Below, piece after piece: positions 9,159 through 17,604 of a stretch of DNA of 64,000 bases. Origin of the DNA: a virus (Duplodnaviria; Caudoviricetes); the IMG/VR virus record IMGVR_UViG_3300025087_000689; one strand, written 5' to 3'. Both the position numbers and the translations under genes were made by a program. The stretch's first letter is position 1, and each line of letters starts with the position of its first letter. Under the pieces are notes generated by a model. That model did not search any database. It saw only the letters and a list, made by a program, of their open reading frames with translations, and was not told the origin of the DNA.

Positions 9159-9607
9159 TAATTTATATATTTACACATGTAGAAATCGGCTAATATCCTC
9201 TGATGATCAACATACAAGAACTTTCTTGATTGGGGGTATCCGCATTTTTTTAAATCTTCCCATTTAAAATCAACAGCATCATCTCCTGCTTTTATACCTG
9301 CATAGAGACCTCGAAGTGGACGTAAGTTACTATGATATATAGTCTTAACATACCAACCTCTTGAATCCTCACCATTTCTTACATCGAATAATGTAAGTGG
9401 AACTCCAATAAGATCAGTCTCCTCTTCAAGTTCTCTTCTTGCAGCTTCAATTGGTTCTTCTCGAGGGTTTATATGCCCACCTGGAAGAGCCCATAAATCT
9501 TTACCAGGTTCATGTCCACGTTTTATTAATAGAACTTCCAACTTGTGGTTGATAATAATTATATCGACTGAGTTGGAAGCTCTTTCGAATTCGTAGGTGA
9601 AGGACAT
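9158..9607 (-). CDS. Nudix hydrolase (ADP-ribose pyrophosphatase/NrtR-like)
   Basis: Nudix box GGHINPREEPIEAARRELEEETDL; LLIKR..PG...WALPG. Confidence 0.9.
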   Translation of the reverse strand: MSFTYEFERASNSVDIIIINHKLEVLLIKRGHEPGKDLWALPGGHINPREEPIEAARRELEEETDLIGVPLTLFDVRNGEDSRGWYVKTIYHSNLRPLRGLYAGIKAGDDAVDFKWEDLKKCGYPQSRKFLYVDHQRILADFYMCKYIN

Positions 9608-9873
9608 ATATCTCCAAATGGTTTAACTGGATCTTCAATACTTTCTTCTATTTCTGCCGTGTTAAAATTATAATGTTGATATAGAAGGTCTCGTTTTTCG
9701 TCGTATTTTCTATATAAATAAGCGAAAATATCTCCCTGTGACCAAGGAGGATCATCTGGTTCATTTGTAAGTGCGTAATATTTTGTTACAGTAATTTTAA
9801 CAAGAGTATATCCCTTGTCCAAACATTCGCCAATCTGTCTGTTGGCATTCATGTTATTGTCATCTGTAATCAT
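9559..9873 (-). CDS. hypothetical protein
   Basis: 104-aa ORF directly after tRNA-Tyr. Confidence 0.55.
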   Translation of the reverse strand: MITDDNNMNANRQIGECLDKGYTLVKITVTKYYALTNEPDDPPWSQGDIFAYLYRKYDEKRDLLYQHYNFNTAEIEESIEDPVKPFGDICPSPTNSKELPTQSI

Positions 9874-9883
9874 AATAAAATTT

Positions 9884-9970
9884 TGGGCAGGGAAGGACTC
9901 GAACCTTCGAGGACCACAAGGGCCGACGGATTTACAGTCCGTTGCTTTCGACCAACTCAGCCACCCGCCC
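9884..9970 (-). tRNA. tRNA-Tyr(GTA)
   Basis: ACGGA-CTGTAAA-TCCGT anticodon arm, long variable arm, GGTTCGAGTCC. Confidence 0.92.
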
Positions 9971-9971
9971 G

Positions 9972-10274
9972 TTATAAGTTTAAATCTATTATATTATCTG
10001 GTTTAGTTTGTATATTACGTTGTGTTATCTGACCATCAATTAAATTTTGACGAGTGAAAGCTTCATCAAGACCTTGGTAAGTGGCTATATAGTTAACAAG
10101 ATCGACCAATACCATATCTACAATAGTGATAGGTGTATAGGCATCTTCTCCATCTTTATAACCAATAAGATGCTTATTACGTTTAATACTTACCCACGGA
10201 CCTTTAGATCTATATTCAATAATGTTCTTCTCTATAAGGTCAATGAGTTGACGTTTAGATGTTATTGTTGACAT
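9972..10274 (-). CDS. hypothetical protein
   Basis: 100-aa ORF. Confidence 0.65.
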   Translation of the reverse strand: MSTITSKRQLIDLIEKNIIEYRSKGPWVSIKRNKHLIGYKDGEDAYTPITIVDMVLVDLVNYIATYQGLDEAFTRQNLIDGQITQRNIQTKPDNIIDLNL

Positions 10275-10280
10275 AGATCC

Positions 10281-10507
10281 TCAGACTAAGTTAAGAATAT
10301 TTATAGGTTGAACTATCTCACAATCATCTAGGTCTAAAGCAGTTTCTTTATTATCAATCATAATTATATAAAATTTACTTTTAACTATATGAATATGTGT
10401 TGTTGGAGCATATGAGATTACAGGTAATTTTGTTTCTATCTCCTTAATATAATGGACACTATAAGTTTCACCTACACGTTTGTACCTTTAGTTATTAGTA
10501 CTTCCAT
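10281..10507 (-). pseudogene. frameshifted small ORF
   Basis: MEVLITKGT then continues in another frame KRVGETYSV...QPINILNLV*; one extra A at 10479-10481 would restore the frame. Confidence 0.45.
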
Positions 10508-10962
10508 TATTGATTATCTCCACGAATATTATTTAAGATAGTTTTGCTAAATTTTATTACGTCTTCATGCGTCCATGTATGTTTACAAAAATTATACATC
10601 ATGCATACAAGTTGTATATTATCTTTCTGATACCCTTTAGAATTATCTTTTCGATCAATAGATATAGCCCACGGACTCATTTCTTTTGCGTTTGGACTTA
10701 TTTGAAATGGAATTTTTGTAATTATACACTTTCCTTTTTGTTCTTTAAATAATTTTGATAAAAATTCATATTTTACATCACATATTTCATTGCGTCTATA
10801 TTTAGATCTTGATCTAATTTTTCTTGCAAGAAATTTTAGAACGTGTTCGAAACTTTTTTTATCATGTGCTTGTCTATATATTCTATTGTATTTTCTATGA
10901 CATTTATCACTACATGTTTTTAGAATAGGACCTCTTTTATGAGAAAATGATATACCACACAT
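10507..10962 (-). CDS. His-Me finger (HNH-like) endonuclease
   Basis: CSDKC, CIITKIPF, SIDRKDNSKGYQKDNIQLVCMMYN. Confidence 0.75.
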   Translation of the reverse strand: MCGISFSHKRGPILKTCSDKCHRKYNRIYRQAHDKKSFEHVLKFLARKIRSRSKYRRNEICDVKYEFLSKLFKEQKGKCIITKIPFQISPNAKEMSPWAISIDRKDNSKGYQKDNIQLVCMMYNFCKHTWTHEDVIKFSKTILNNIRGDNQ

Positions 10963-10976
10963 TTTACATGTTGTTG

Positions 10977-11174
10977 TTAATTCAGTATATGTATATTTTT
11001 TTTCTCACACCCGCAATTTTGACAGCTTCCTGTTTGAAGATATGCTCCAATGATTGTTTTTGAATTACCGCATTCGCATTTGCATAGCCACGATATCTTA
11101 TTTGATATTTTCCCGTTTTCTCGAATAACAGTTAATTTACCAAATTTTTGTCCTTTTAGGTCTAATTTAATCAT
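10977..11174 (-). CDS. homing-endonuclease DNA-binding repeat fragment
   Basis: DLKGQKFGKLTVI...WLCKCECGN..SCQNCGC module without a nuclease domain. Confidence 0.7.
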   Translation of the reverse strand: MIKLDLKGQKFGKLTVIRENGKISNKISWLCKCECGNSKTIIGAYLQTGSCQNCGCEKKNIHILN

Positions 11175-11218
11175 AATATAGGATTTCCTTTCTCCTATAT
11201 TATACTATTATTGAAATA

Positions 11219-11253
11219 AAACTTCTCGTAGATTTATAATCTACGAGAAGTTT
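11219..11253. terminator. perfect 16-bp hairpin
   Basis: AAACTTCTCGTAGATT-TAT-AATCTACGAGAAGTTT at the end of the DNA ligase gene. Confidence 0.7.
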
Positions 11254-12346
11254 ATTCGTAATCTCTAATTTCTATTAAAACTGGAAATCTTGGTATACCT
11301 TCATTAGTTTTTTGTTGAAATCTAATTATGGCTTTTTTTCCCACTAATTCTTGTAAATTTTGAAACCATTCTTTTCGCTGTTGACGGGATCCTTTTGGCC
11401 TTGCTTCAAATTCTTTGCCTTCTTTGGTAATAAGTTGGAATACGATTGTACCTTTATCATTTCCGGTTGCTTCTTTGCCACCTATAATTTCAAATTCATC
11501 GTCATCAAAATTCTTCCACTTTTGGAGATTTTTTGAACGGTGTTTGAATTCGTATTCACCTTCTTTATTTCTTATCATTATTCCTTCGTATCCATCTTGA
11601 ACAAATTGTTCATGATACTTAATGATCTCAGCTTCATTCTTGACTTCATATGTTGGAACACGAACTAAATACTGAGGATTTTCCATTTTATCGAAAAATT
11701 CTTTTATAAGTCTTGTTCTAGTTTCAAAAGGAAGACCTTCATTTGCCAAATCATAAATATAATATTTAAGTCTGAAAGGTTCTCTTGTTTTCTTAACAGC
11801 TGCAACTATATCCTGAAAAGATATTTCATTATGACAATATACTTCGCCGTCTAAAGGTGATTGTACTTCAGCTTCAAAGATTGAACATTCTTCATCAAAT
11901 TGATCAAGAGTAGTAAAAGGTTTACCGCCACGAGAATTAAAGGTGTGATCTGTATAGATGCAACGCACTCCGTTAAACTTTGGCTGCACGTAGCAAGGAA
12001 ACTTAATATCATGTTTACGTTCAATATACTTAAGAGCAAGCATAGGAAGCAGTAACTTCTGTGTCTTCTGAGCCTTCTTAGTCTCGGTATATCCTTCATC
12101 CTTCTTCTTATTCCACTTAGATTGAGCATCAGATACGGCTTGATCAAATGGAGTTGTTTCATTTTTCTTGCCGATATTCAAACCAACAGTAATCTCTCTG
12201 TGATTAACTGCTTGTTTCTTACCTTCAAGACCGTGTTCCATGGTAATAAGAACATCTTTAGCACGTTCATCTACGCGTATATTAATAAGTTTAGTGCGAC
12301 CTGTTGAACCTGTACCATAAAGTGTTGGAAAGATTTTACTTTTCAT
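11252..12346 (-). CDS. ATP-dependent DNA ligase
   Basis: QPKFNGVRC (motif I), LDGEVY, YDLA, YEGIMIRN, LQKWKNF, OB-fold RFPV. Confidence 0.92.
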   Translation of the reverse strand: MKSKIFPTLYGTGSTGRTKLINIRVDERAKDVLITMEHGLEGKKQAVNHREITVGLNIGKKNETTPFDQAVSDAQSKWNKKKDEGYTETKKAQKTQKLLLPMLALKYIERKHDIKFPCYVQPKFNGVRCIYTDHTFNSRGGKPFTTLDQFDEECSIFEAEVQSPLDGEVYCHNEISFQDIVAAVKKTREPFRLKYYIYDLANEGLPFETRTRLIKEFFDKMENPQYLVRVPTYEVKNEAEIIKYHEQFVQDGYEGIMIRNKEGEYEFKHRSKNLQKWKNFDDDEFEIIGGKEATGNDKGTIVFQLITKEGKEFEARPKGSRQQRKEWFQNLQELVGKKAIIRFQQKTNEGIPRFPVLIEIRDYE

Positions 12347-12551
12347 TTTTATTCCTTATTCTAGTCATATGAACACTAGCGTAATCATTGGTATTCATAC
12401 CCAAGATTTTCCCTTTCCACTCTTTCATTTGTTTCTCTGAGAGTGGACGTTTGAACATAAGGCTAGTTACTACGTAAACCTCAGCGTTACGCGGATTCTC
12501 CAGTACTGCTGCTGGTCTTATCTTTATCCTCACTTTGTATTTTATCATCAA
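12336..12551 (-). CDS. hypothetical protein
   Basis: 71-aa ORF. Confidence 0.55.
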   Translation of the reverse strand: MMIKYKVRIKIRPAAVLENPRNAEVYVVTSLMFKRPLSEKQMKEWKGKILGMNTNDYASVHMTRIRNKNEK

Positions 12552-12768
12552 TTACCTCTATTTTATATGTTTTGAGAACTTGTATAAGCATCTCCAATCT
12601 TTGGAGAGTACCAATACAGTTTGCTATTAACATTGCAGTACCAATGACAAAAAAAACTTTCGCGATTGATACAGATGTAAATACTGTAAGTATAACACCT
12701 GTACATAATAGTAACCACGCAAAAGTATAACCCATGAGAAAATCCCAGATTTGACAAAATGTTTTCAT
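12487..12768 (-). CDS. small membrane protein
   Basis: two hydrophobic segments. Confidence 0.55.
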   Translation of the reverse strand: MKTFCQIWDFLMGYTFAWLLLCTGVILTVFTSVSIAKVFFVIGTAMLIANCIGTLQRLEMLIQVLKTYKIEVIDDKIQSEDKDKTSSSTGESA

Positions 12769-12953
12769 CGTAACTCCTTTACTTCATTCTCAAGTGTTTT
12801 GATATGTTTTTCCCATCTATCCATGAAGGATGATGGAGCACCTAATTCTTTTAATCGAAGTACGAAACGTTTAGTGTCCCGTATTTCTTTATAGGTGGCT
12901 TCTTTCCAAGCTTTAGGAAATAAAAACTTTAATATTTTTAGATGTGGTTTCAT
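12765..12953 (-). CDS. hypothetical protein
   Basis: MKPHLKIL...; ATG 13 nt after the tRNA-Leu 3' end. Confidence 0.55.
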   Translation of the reverse strand: MKPHLKILKFLFPKAWKEATYKEIRDTKRFVLRLKELGAPSSFMDRWEKHIKTLENEVKELR

Positions 12954-13062
12954 ATAATTTAAACAGTCTCCGGGGTGAGATTTGAACTCACAAGCCCTTA
13001 AGGGCAACGGATTTTACTTACTCATCTTACTTTCGTAAGCCTCTTACGAGTTTGAGTTTGGA

Positions 13063-13695
13063 CTATATCTTAGCCGTATCTTTCGAGTTAGGCTTTCCGG
13101 GCGTAGTCTCTGAACCTTCCTCATTTGAAAGAGGCTCGGCTGCTGATTGTCCAATATCACTTATTTTTATAACCTTCGCACTCGTTTTTTCAAACCATGC
13201 TGTAGTTAAGTGATCTCTTAGGATATTCCAGCAATTTTCGGAATTACTACTATGATTTTTCAACCATAGCGACCAATGATGTTCGATATGTCTATGTAGA
13301 GCTCCATGTGATCTACGATCCATTAGACTTAGATTATTTGGTTCATTGTTTGTTGGATTATAGTCTAGATGATGTGTTACAAATCCTTTTGGAGTTGTAA
13401 TACCAAGTTGATCTATAATCTTTCTTGCTTCGTATCTTCCATGCTGCCTAATAGGATCATTTTTATGAATCTTACTTGGTCTGCATTTTGCATGAGATAC
13501 TTGGCCAATTCTCCAAATCTTCATGTCTTTCTTACAGATAGAACATTTTGATATACCAAAGTAATGTCTTCCTACTTTCTGGTATCTGATTCTTGCTCTT
13601 TCTGTATTGTAGGTTCTAGAGTGTTCTAGACATCTTTTTCTTTCATGAACACCTTTTTTTCCACAATCAATACAGAGTTTATCTTCCTTCTTCAT
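13063..13695 (-). CDS. intron-encoded HNH homing endonuclease
   Basis: VTHHLDYNPTNNEPNNLSLMDRRSHGALH; SD TGGAGG; reads through the intron core. Confidence 0.85.
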   Translation of the reverse strand: MKKEDKLCIDCGKKGVHERKRCLEHSRTYNTERARIRYQKVGRHYFGISKCSICKKDMKIWRIGQVSHAKCRPSKIHKNDPIRQHGRYEARKIIDQLGITTPKGFVTHHLDYNPTNNEPNNLSLMDRRSHGALHRHIEHHWSLWLKNHSSNSENCWNILRDHLTTAWFEKTSAKVIKISDIGQSAAEPLSNEEGSETTPGKPNSKDTAKI

Positions 13696-13712
13696 ATAAT
13701 ACCTCCATAGAT

Positions 13713-13741
13713 ATTATACTTTGTTGGAAGACACAATTCAA
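13713..13741 (-). promoter_or_regulatory. sigma70-type promoter inside the intron L1 loop
   Basis: TTGAAT-N17-TATAAT upstream of the HNH. Confidence 0.65.
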
Positions 13742-13794
13742 GTATAATTGTGGAGAATCAGTCCGTTGTGTATGCCAGTTCCACCACCCGGAGG

Positions 13795-14034
13795 TTAATT
13801 TTGTCGATTGTATTTATTTAACTTGTTACCAGAAACATATGTTGTATCATCTTCTTGTCCAAGAAAACTTCTGATTCTATATATACCATTATCATCTAGA
13901 CATCGTACAAAGGCTATAGGAAATCTTGCTTTATACATCTCAGTCTGTATAATAACACATAAATGAGATGTAGTGTCCCACTGCATCCTTTGTTCCTGAT
14001 AATGTTTCTGTTCTCTTGTAGGTTTTTTACACAA
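13795..14034 (-). CDS. hypothetical protein
   Basis: 79-aa ORF. Confidence 0.5.
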   Translation of the reverse strand: MCKKPTREQKHYQEQRMQWDTTSHLCVIIQTEMYKARFPIAFVRCLDDNGIYRIRSFLGQEDDTTYVSGNKLNKYNRQN

Positions 14035-14068
14035 CCTATTAAAAGAATAATAAGAATTAAAAGGTATT

Positions 14069-15166
14069 TCATTTAAACTCTATAACTTTATGGTTTTTGA
14101 AACATAAAAAGTTTTTTGCTCCAAGTTCCTTACTTAAGCATTTAGCAAATATTTCTGCATCTGGGTAAACATATTTATTTCCGGCTGAAGTATATACATA
14201 ACTCGTGACATGTTCGAAACAGGTTATAACTAAAGTAAAATCTTTAATATCATCTTTCTGTATTGCGTATCTAAGAAGATCTGCATCTAACATCGACACG
14301 CGAAATTCACCTTGGTATTTGTGAGTTACATTGGTTTCATTTGGGTCGTGTATGATATGTTCTTTAAGATCTTCATTAGTCATAGGACCATTACCATGGC
14401 GTGTTTGGTAACAACGGGTTACAAGATATATTTCTGGATCGGTCACTTCCAGCTTTTTTAAATTTGTCATACCACAGTTACCACGAGTAACATGTGGAAA
14501 GAATCCTATGTCTTGATCGAGCATTAAACCCTGAGATCCTTCAAAGATATTAACTGATTCAACTCGATTGATATCTCTATCCCATTTCATTAATTCGATG
14601 CGAATCTGTTTTTCTTCAAGTAAGAGATAACAAGTTGGTAGGAAATCTTTGTCGTATTCAGCGAATTCTTGTAAGTATTTTTTTCTTATCAACTCTAACT
14701 TAGTTTCGAAGATCTTTGGGTAAAGAAGATCACCTACAAGAAGTGAATAATGTTGTTCTTCGCGTTCAATGGTTTTACCAAAACCTACACCACACGTACC
14801 ATTTTTTCTGTTCCAGGAGTTTTGAGTATTAGTCCATTTATCATACGGAGTAGTAATAGGACATCTTGGATCAAGATATAGAGTAGGTTCAATACCTTTC
14901 TTACGTAGAACTTTTAATTCGTTCGTAATACCTACTGGATCAACCGTGCATAGTCGAGACCAATAGGTAATATTACCTCGAAAGCTACCTGAGCCGAAAT
15001 TGGAGAAAACATGGCGAATGCCATTATGTACAACAGTATGTCCCGCTTGATGACCACCACTAAATCGTGTAACGATAGCATCAGGATACTGAGAGCAAAG
15101 GTAGTCTGTTACGACACCTTTCGCACAGTCACCAAATCCAGCCCCAATTACGGCTAGGTTTTTCAT
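14069..15166 (-). CDS. purA: adenylosuccinate synthetase-like protein
   Basis: GFGDCAKG, RFSGGHQAGHTV, GTCGVG, FEGSQGLMLD..GFFPHVT, TRHGNGP. Confidence 0.85.
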   Translation of the reverse strand: MKNLAVIGAGFGDCAKGVVTDYLCSQYPDAIVTRFSGGHQAGHTVVHNGIRHVFSNFGSGSFRGNITYWSRLCTVDPVGITNELKVLRKKGIEPTLYLDPRCPITTPYDKWTNTQNSWNRKNGTCGVGFGKTIEREEQHYSLLVGDLLYPKIFETKLELIRKKYLQEFAEYDKDFLPTCYLLLEEKQIRIELMKWDRDINRVESVNIFEGSQGLMLDQDIGFFPHVTRGNCGMTNLKKLEVTDPEIYLVTRCYQTRHGNGPMTNEDLKEHIIHDPNETNVTHKYQGEFRVSMLDADLLRYAIQKDDIKDFTLVITCFEHVTSYVYTSAGNKYVYPDAEIFAKCLSKELGAKNFLCFKNHKVIEFK

Positions 15167-15321
15167 CTTAAGCTTTCTAAGTATTTGATATTAATCTGTT
15201 GTTCTTCAATAATTCTTACTAATCTATTTATATCTTTCATCTGGATAGCAGGCCATCCTTCAGGTGAATGATCTTTGTTTAAGTCTTTTATTCTTTTGAG
15301 AAACTTTTTATTCATGACCAA

Positions 15322-16155
15322 TTACATCGTTGCTGTGATGTTAATAGGCATAGCCGATTCCTGTGCTACAGCTATTGTCGTTCTCGAAATGAGACCAACA
15401 ATATTCTGATGTCTTGGAGCAATAAGAACATTATCGTTACCCATAAGAACTCTCCAACTTTCAGCAACACCACGTCCACTACGTGAATCTTCGTTATGGA
15501 TGTGATAGACGTTATACTTTTCACGGGCAGTTGCAAGAAGTTGTGCAGCCGTATAATCTTCATATTGGCCGTCACCCATGATTTTCTTGATAACATCTTT
15601 TGAAAGGTTAGAAAGAACAGGTTCATCACCTATCGTGAAGAGAATACCCTTCTTGGCTCGTTTCTCAAAACAGTCAATGGCTGTATGTTTCGACGCGAAA
15701 TACCACGCAAGGTGGTAACTTTCACCAGCATTTCCACCACCACCACCTTCAAGGTAGACATCAGTGAGCCACTTATCCAAAAGAGCATCACTGGACTCGA
15801 ACTGTCCAACCTGTAAGGGTGCACGATCGCATTCGTGGTCGCCGACGCCGAGAAACAGCAACTGTGGATGTAGAATACCACCATCAATGATGGTCTGCAT
15901 GATCTTGGGAAGACCTTCTCTTACTAAATAGTGAGGAACTGATCCCATCGATCCTGTAAGATCTAAAGCTAGAATAATCGCGAAACTTTCTGGATGTTCT
16001 ATAGAATCTCTTGCTTCGCGAAGCTGGACCCCATAGGGATTCATTGCACTGTTGATTGTTGCCGCTGTGAAGATCTCTCTGGCTGATTTTGTATCATAAC
16101 CGAGAGATGTTGCTCTCACTGTACGTGAAAGACTTGAATAACTTCCGCCACCCAT
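15322..16155 (-). CDS. vWA-domain protein
   Basis: MIDAS LDLTGSMG, GGGGGNAGESY, FTIGDE; likely start MGGGSYS at 16155. Confidence 0.85.
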   Translation of the reverse strand: MGGGSYSSLSRTVRATSLGYDTKSAREIFTAATINSAMNPYGVQLREARDSIEHPESFAIILALDLTGSMGSVPHYLVREGLPKIMQTIIDGGILHPQLLFLGVGDHECDRAPLQVGQFESSDALLDKWLTDVYLEGGGGGNAGESYHLAWYFASKHTAIDCFEKRAKKGILFTIGDEPVLSNLSKDVIKKIMGDGQYEDYTAAQLLATAREKYNVYHIHNEDSRSGRGVAESWRVLMGNDNVLIAPRHQNIVGLISRTTIAVAQESAMPINITATM

Positions 16156-16156
16156 G

Positions 16157-16342
16157 TTATACCTTACCTTTCTCTGATTCACAATCGGGACAACCTTTAC
16201 ATTCACATGTATCGGTTTGTTCTGGTGTTACAGTTGGATTTGCAACTGGTTCAACTACAGTTGAGTCGTTTGTTTTTGCTGCTTCTTCCGCTACTTCTTG
16301 TTCTTCGAAGCTTGAATACTTTGCGTCTTTTCCTCCGCCCAT
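16157..16342 (-). CDS. small acidic protein
   Basis: SD AGGAG; starts MGGG like the adjacent vWA protein. Confidence 0.6.
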   Translation of the reverse strand: MGGGKDAKYSSFEEQEVAEEAAKTNDSTVVEPVANPTVTPEQTDTCECKGCPDCESEKGKV

Positions 16343-16451
16343 ATTGTCTCCTATGTTAAATATTAATGTTTTAATCGACTGAACTAAAGGTCCGAAGGAT
16401 ACTTGGTTTATGTATCCAACCTTTAGGTAAGAATATTTTATAGACCCGCCG

Positions 16452-16730
16452 TTAACTGTATCTCATCAGACTTAATCCTCTTTGGTTTAAATGTTTTTTT
16501 AAGCCAAATCGAATTTGTTCTTCTTCTGATATAATTGAAGCTGATGTGAATTTGTCATTCACAGTGAAAAAGACAAGTGCTTTATTCGGATGATCTTTTA
16601 AACAAAAGGTTCTGATAGTGCCAAGATGAGAAGATTTTTTGTTGATTCGTACGAGATCCCAAGTCTTTCTCGATTGAGTTAAGGCTTGGAGATACTCATT
16701 GATTGATCTTTTGGAATCTATACTTGGCAT
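16452..16730 (-). CDS. hypothetical protein
   Basis: SD AAGGAG. Confidence 0.65.
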   Translation of the reverse strand: MPSIDSKRSINEYLQALTQSRKTWDLVRINKKSSHLGTIRTFCLKDHPNKALVFFTVNDKFTSASIISEEEQIRFGLKKHLNQRGLSLMRYS

Positions 16731-16747
16731 AAGAACTCCTTAATTTA

Positions 16748-16822
16748 TGGGCCTGGAAAGATTCGAACTTTCGACTCCATTCTTAAAAAGAATGTACTCT
16801 AATCCAACTGAGTTACAAGCCC
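16748..16822 (-). tRNA. tRNA-Lys(TTT)
   Basis: CATTC-TTTTTAA-GAATG anticodon arm, GAAAG-TTCGAAT-CTTTC T arm. Confidence 0.9.
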
Positions 16823-17010
16823 ATTATTTTTAAACTTAACATAATAACTATGGCTATATTTGATAGGAAAGAAAAAAGAGCGTCAACCATAATATAAGTG
16901 AGTCTTTCTTTTTTATGAATTATTGCGGCTAATATAGAAAATGTTAATAAAATAATCATTGGTATTTTTAATGGGAAAGGGGTAATGATATAATCCATAT
17001 AAAGTTGCAA
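16813..17010 (-). CDS. small membrane protein
   Basis: two hydrophobic segments; stop lies inside tRNA-Lys. Confidence 0.5.
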   Translation of the reverse strand: MQLYMDYIITPFPLKIPMIILLTFSILAAIIHKKERLTYIMVDALFSFLSNIAIVIMLSLKIMGL

Positions 17011-17182
17011 ACATATAAAACAAATTGAATATACCTACTTGAATTGATGATAACACATCTTCCCCAGAACTCTTTCGTTTGGATATTCTATATATCCATG
17101 CTAATCTGTCTGGCTTTGCAAGTATTTTTGCCTCGTACAATATCGCGATAGCAAAAATACAAAAGACAACGAAATTTATCAT
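16913..17182 (-). CDS. small membrane protein
   Basis: SD AGGA; hydrophobic segments. Confidence 0.55.
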   Translation of the reverse strand: MINFVVFCIFAIAILYEAKILAKPDRLAWIYRISKRKSSGEDVLSSIQVGIFNLFYMFATLYGLYHYPFPIKNTNDYFINIFYISRNNS

Positions 17183-17386
17183 GATATATCCTATTTATAA
17201 ATGGTGGAGTTATTTATGTTTTACCACTTTCACCCCATAATACTCGAAATAAAGGCAAGGGCCCCCCCATGTTGGTGGAGGAACCCCTGCTGATTGTCAG
17301 CAAATCTTTATCCTAAAATAAGCTAACGGCAATCATGTTTATTACCTTACGGTAATTCATATATATATATCTAACCAATTCAGTTC

Positions 17387-17498
17387 GGAAAAGTTTAAAA
17401 TACCTGACTTGCCACTAGTCAACTTCCCATCGATAACCACCAATAGATGATCACTGATGGGAAGGTCGGATTCGAACCGACGTGCGGCATAGTTTTCC
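17387..17498 (-). ncRNA. circularly permuted tRNA-like RNA (YrlA/Y-RNA-like core)
   Basis: order 5'->3': ATGCC, T arm GTCGG-TTCGAAT-CCGAC, closed acceptor hairpin CTTCCCATC/GATGGGAAG, D arm GACT-AGTGGCA-AGTC, GGTAT; outer GGAAAA/TTTTCC. Confidence 0.7.
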
Positions 17499-17499
17499 T

Positions 17500-17600
17500 T
17501 ACTAACCAGTCAGAAGTATACGGTTCAGATTGAGTCTGGGACGTTCAAGTGTTTAAGCTTAAATCTGACTATAAGCCTAAGTCTGAATAAAATAACGTCC
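17500..17600 (-). ncRNA. hairpin with hexamer-periodic loop
   Basis: GGACGTT/AACGTCC stem enclosing TTCAGA CTTAGG CTTATA GTCAGA TTTAAG CTTAAA. Confidence 0.5.
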
Positions 17601-17604
17601 AAAT

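Larger units (their letters stand above)
13017..13759 (-). mobile_element. group I intron (743 nt) inserted after U33
   Basis: P AATTGCTGGAA, Q AATCAGCAG, R TCAGAGACTA, S AAGATATAGTC; P3 TTCCG/CGGAA; P7 GACTA/TAGTC; terminal G; IGS GGTC pairs with exon GACU with U-G at the splice site. Confidence 0.9.
12967..13793 (-). tRNA. tRNA-Leu(TAA) split by an intron (exons 13760-13793 and 12967-13016)
   Basis: joined exons give CTCCGGG/CCCGGAG acceptor, ACGGA-CT|TAAAA-TCCGT anticodon arm, variable arm GCCC-TTAA-GGGC, TTCAAAT T loop. Confidence 0.9.

Noticed and set aside
14069-15166. PurZ / 2-aminoadenine genome
   Set aside because: Keeps the catalytic Asp (GDxxKG) rather than PurZ GSTGKG; no dATPase seen in the window
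16385-16425. Hairpin AAGGT..GGATAC/GTATCC..ACCTT as a novel RNA
   Set aside because: Size and position after a stop codon fit an ordinary terminator or processing stem
17183-17600. tmRNA (one- or two-piece)
   Set aside because: The T-arm-linked acceptor stem has G3-C70, a real D stem is present, and no tag ORF ending in Ala-Ala was found
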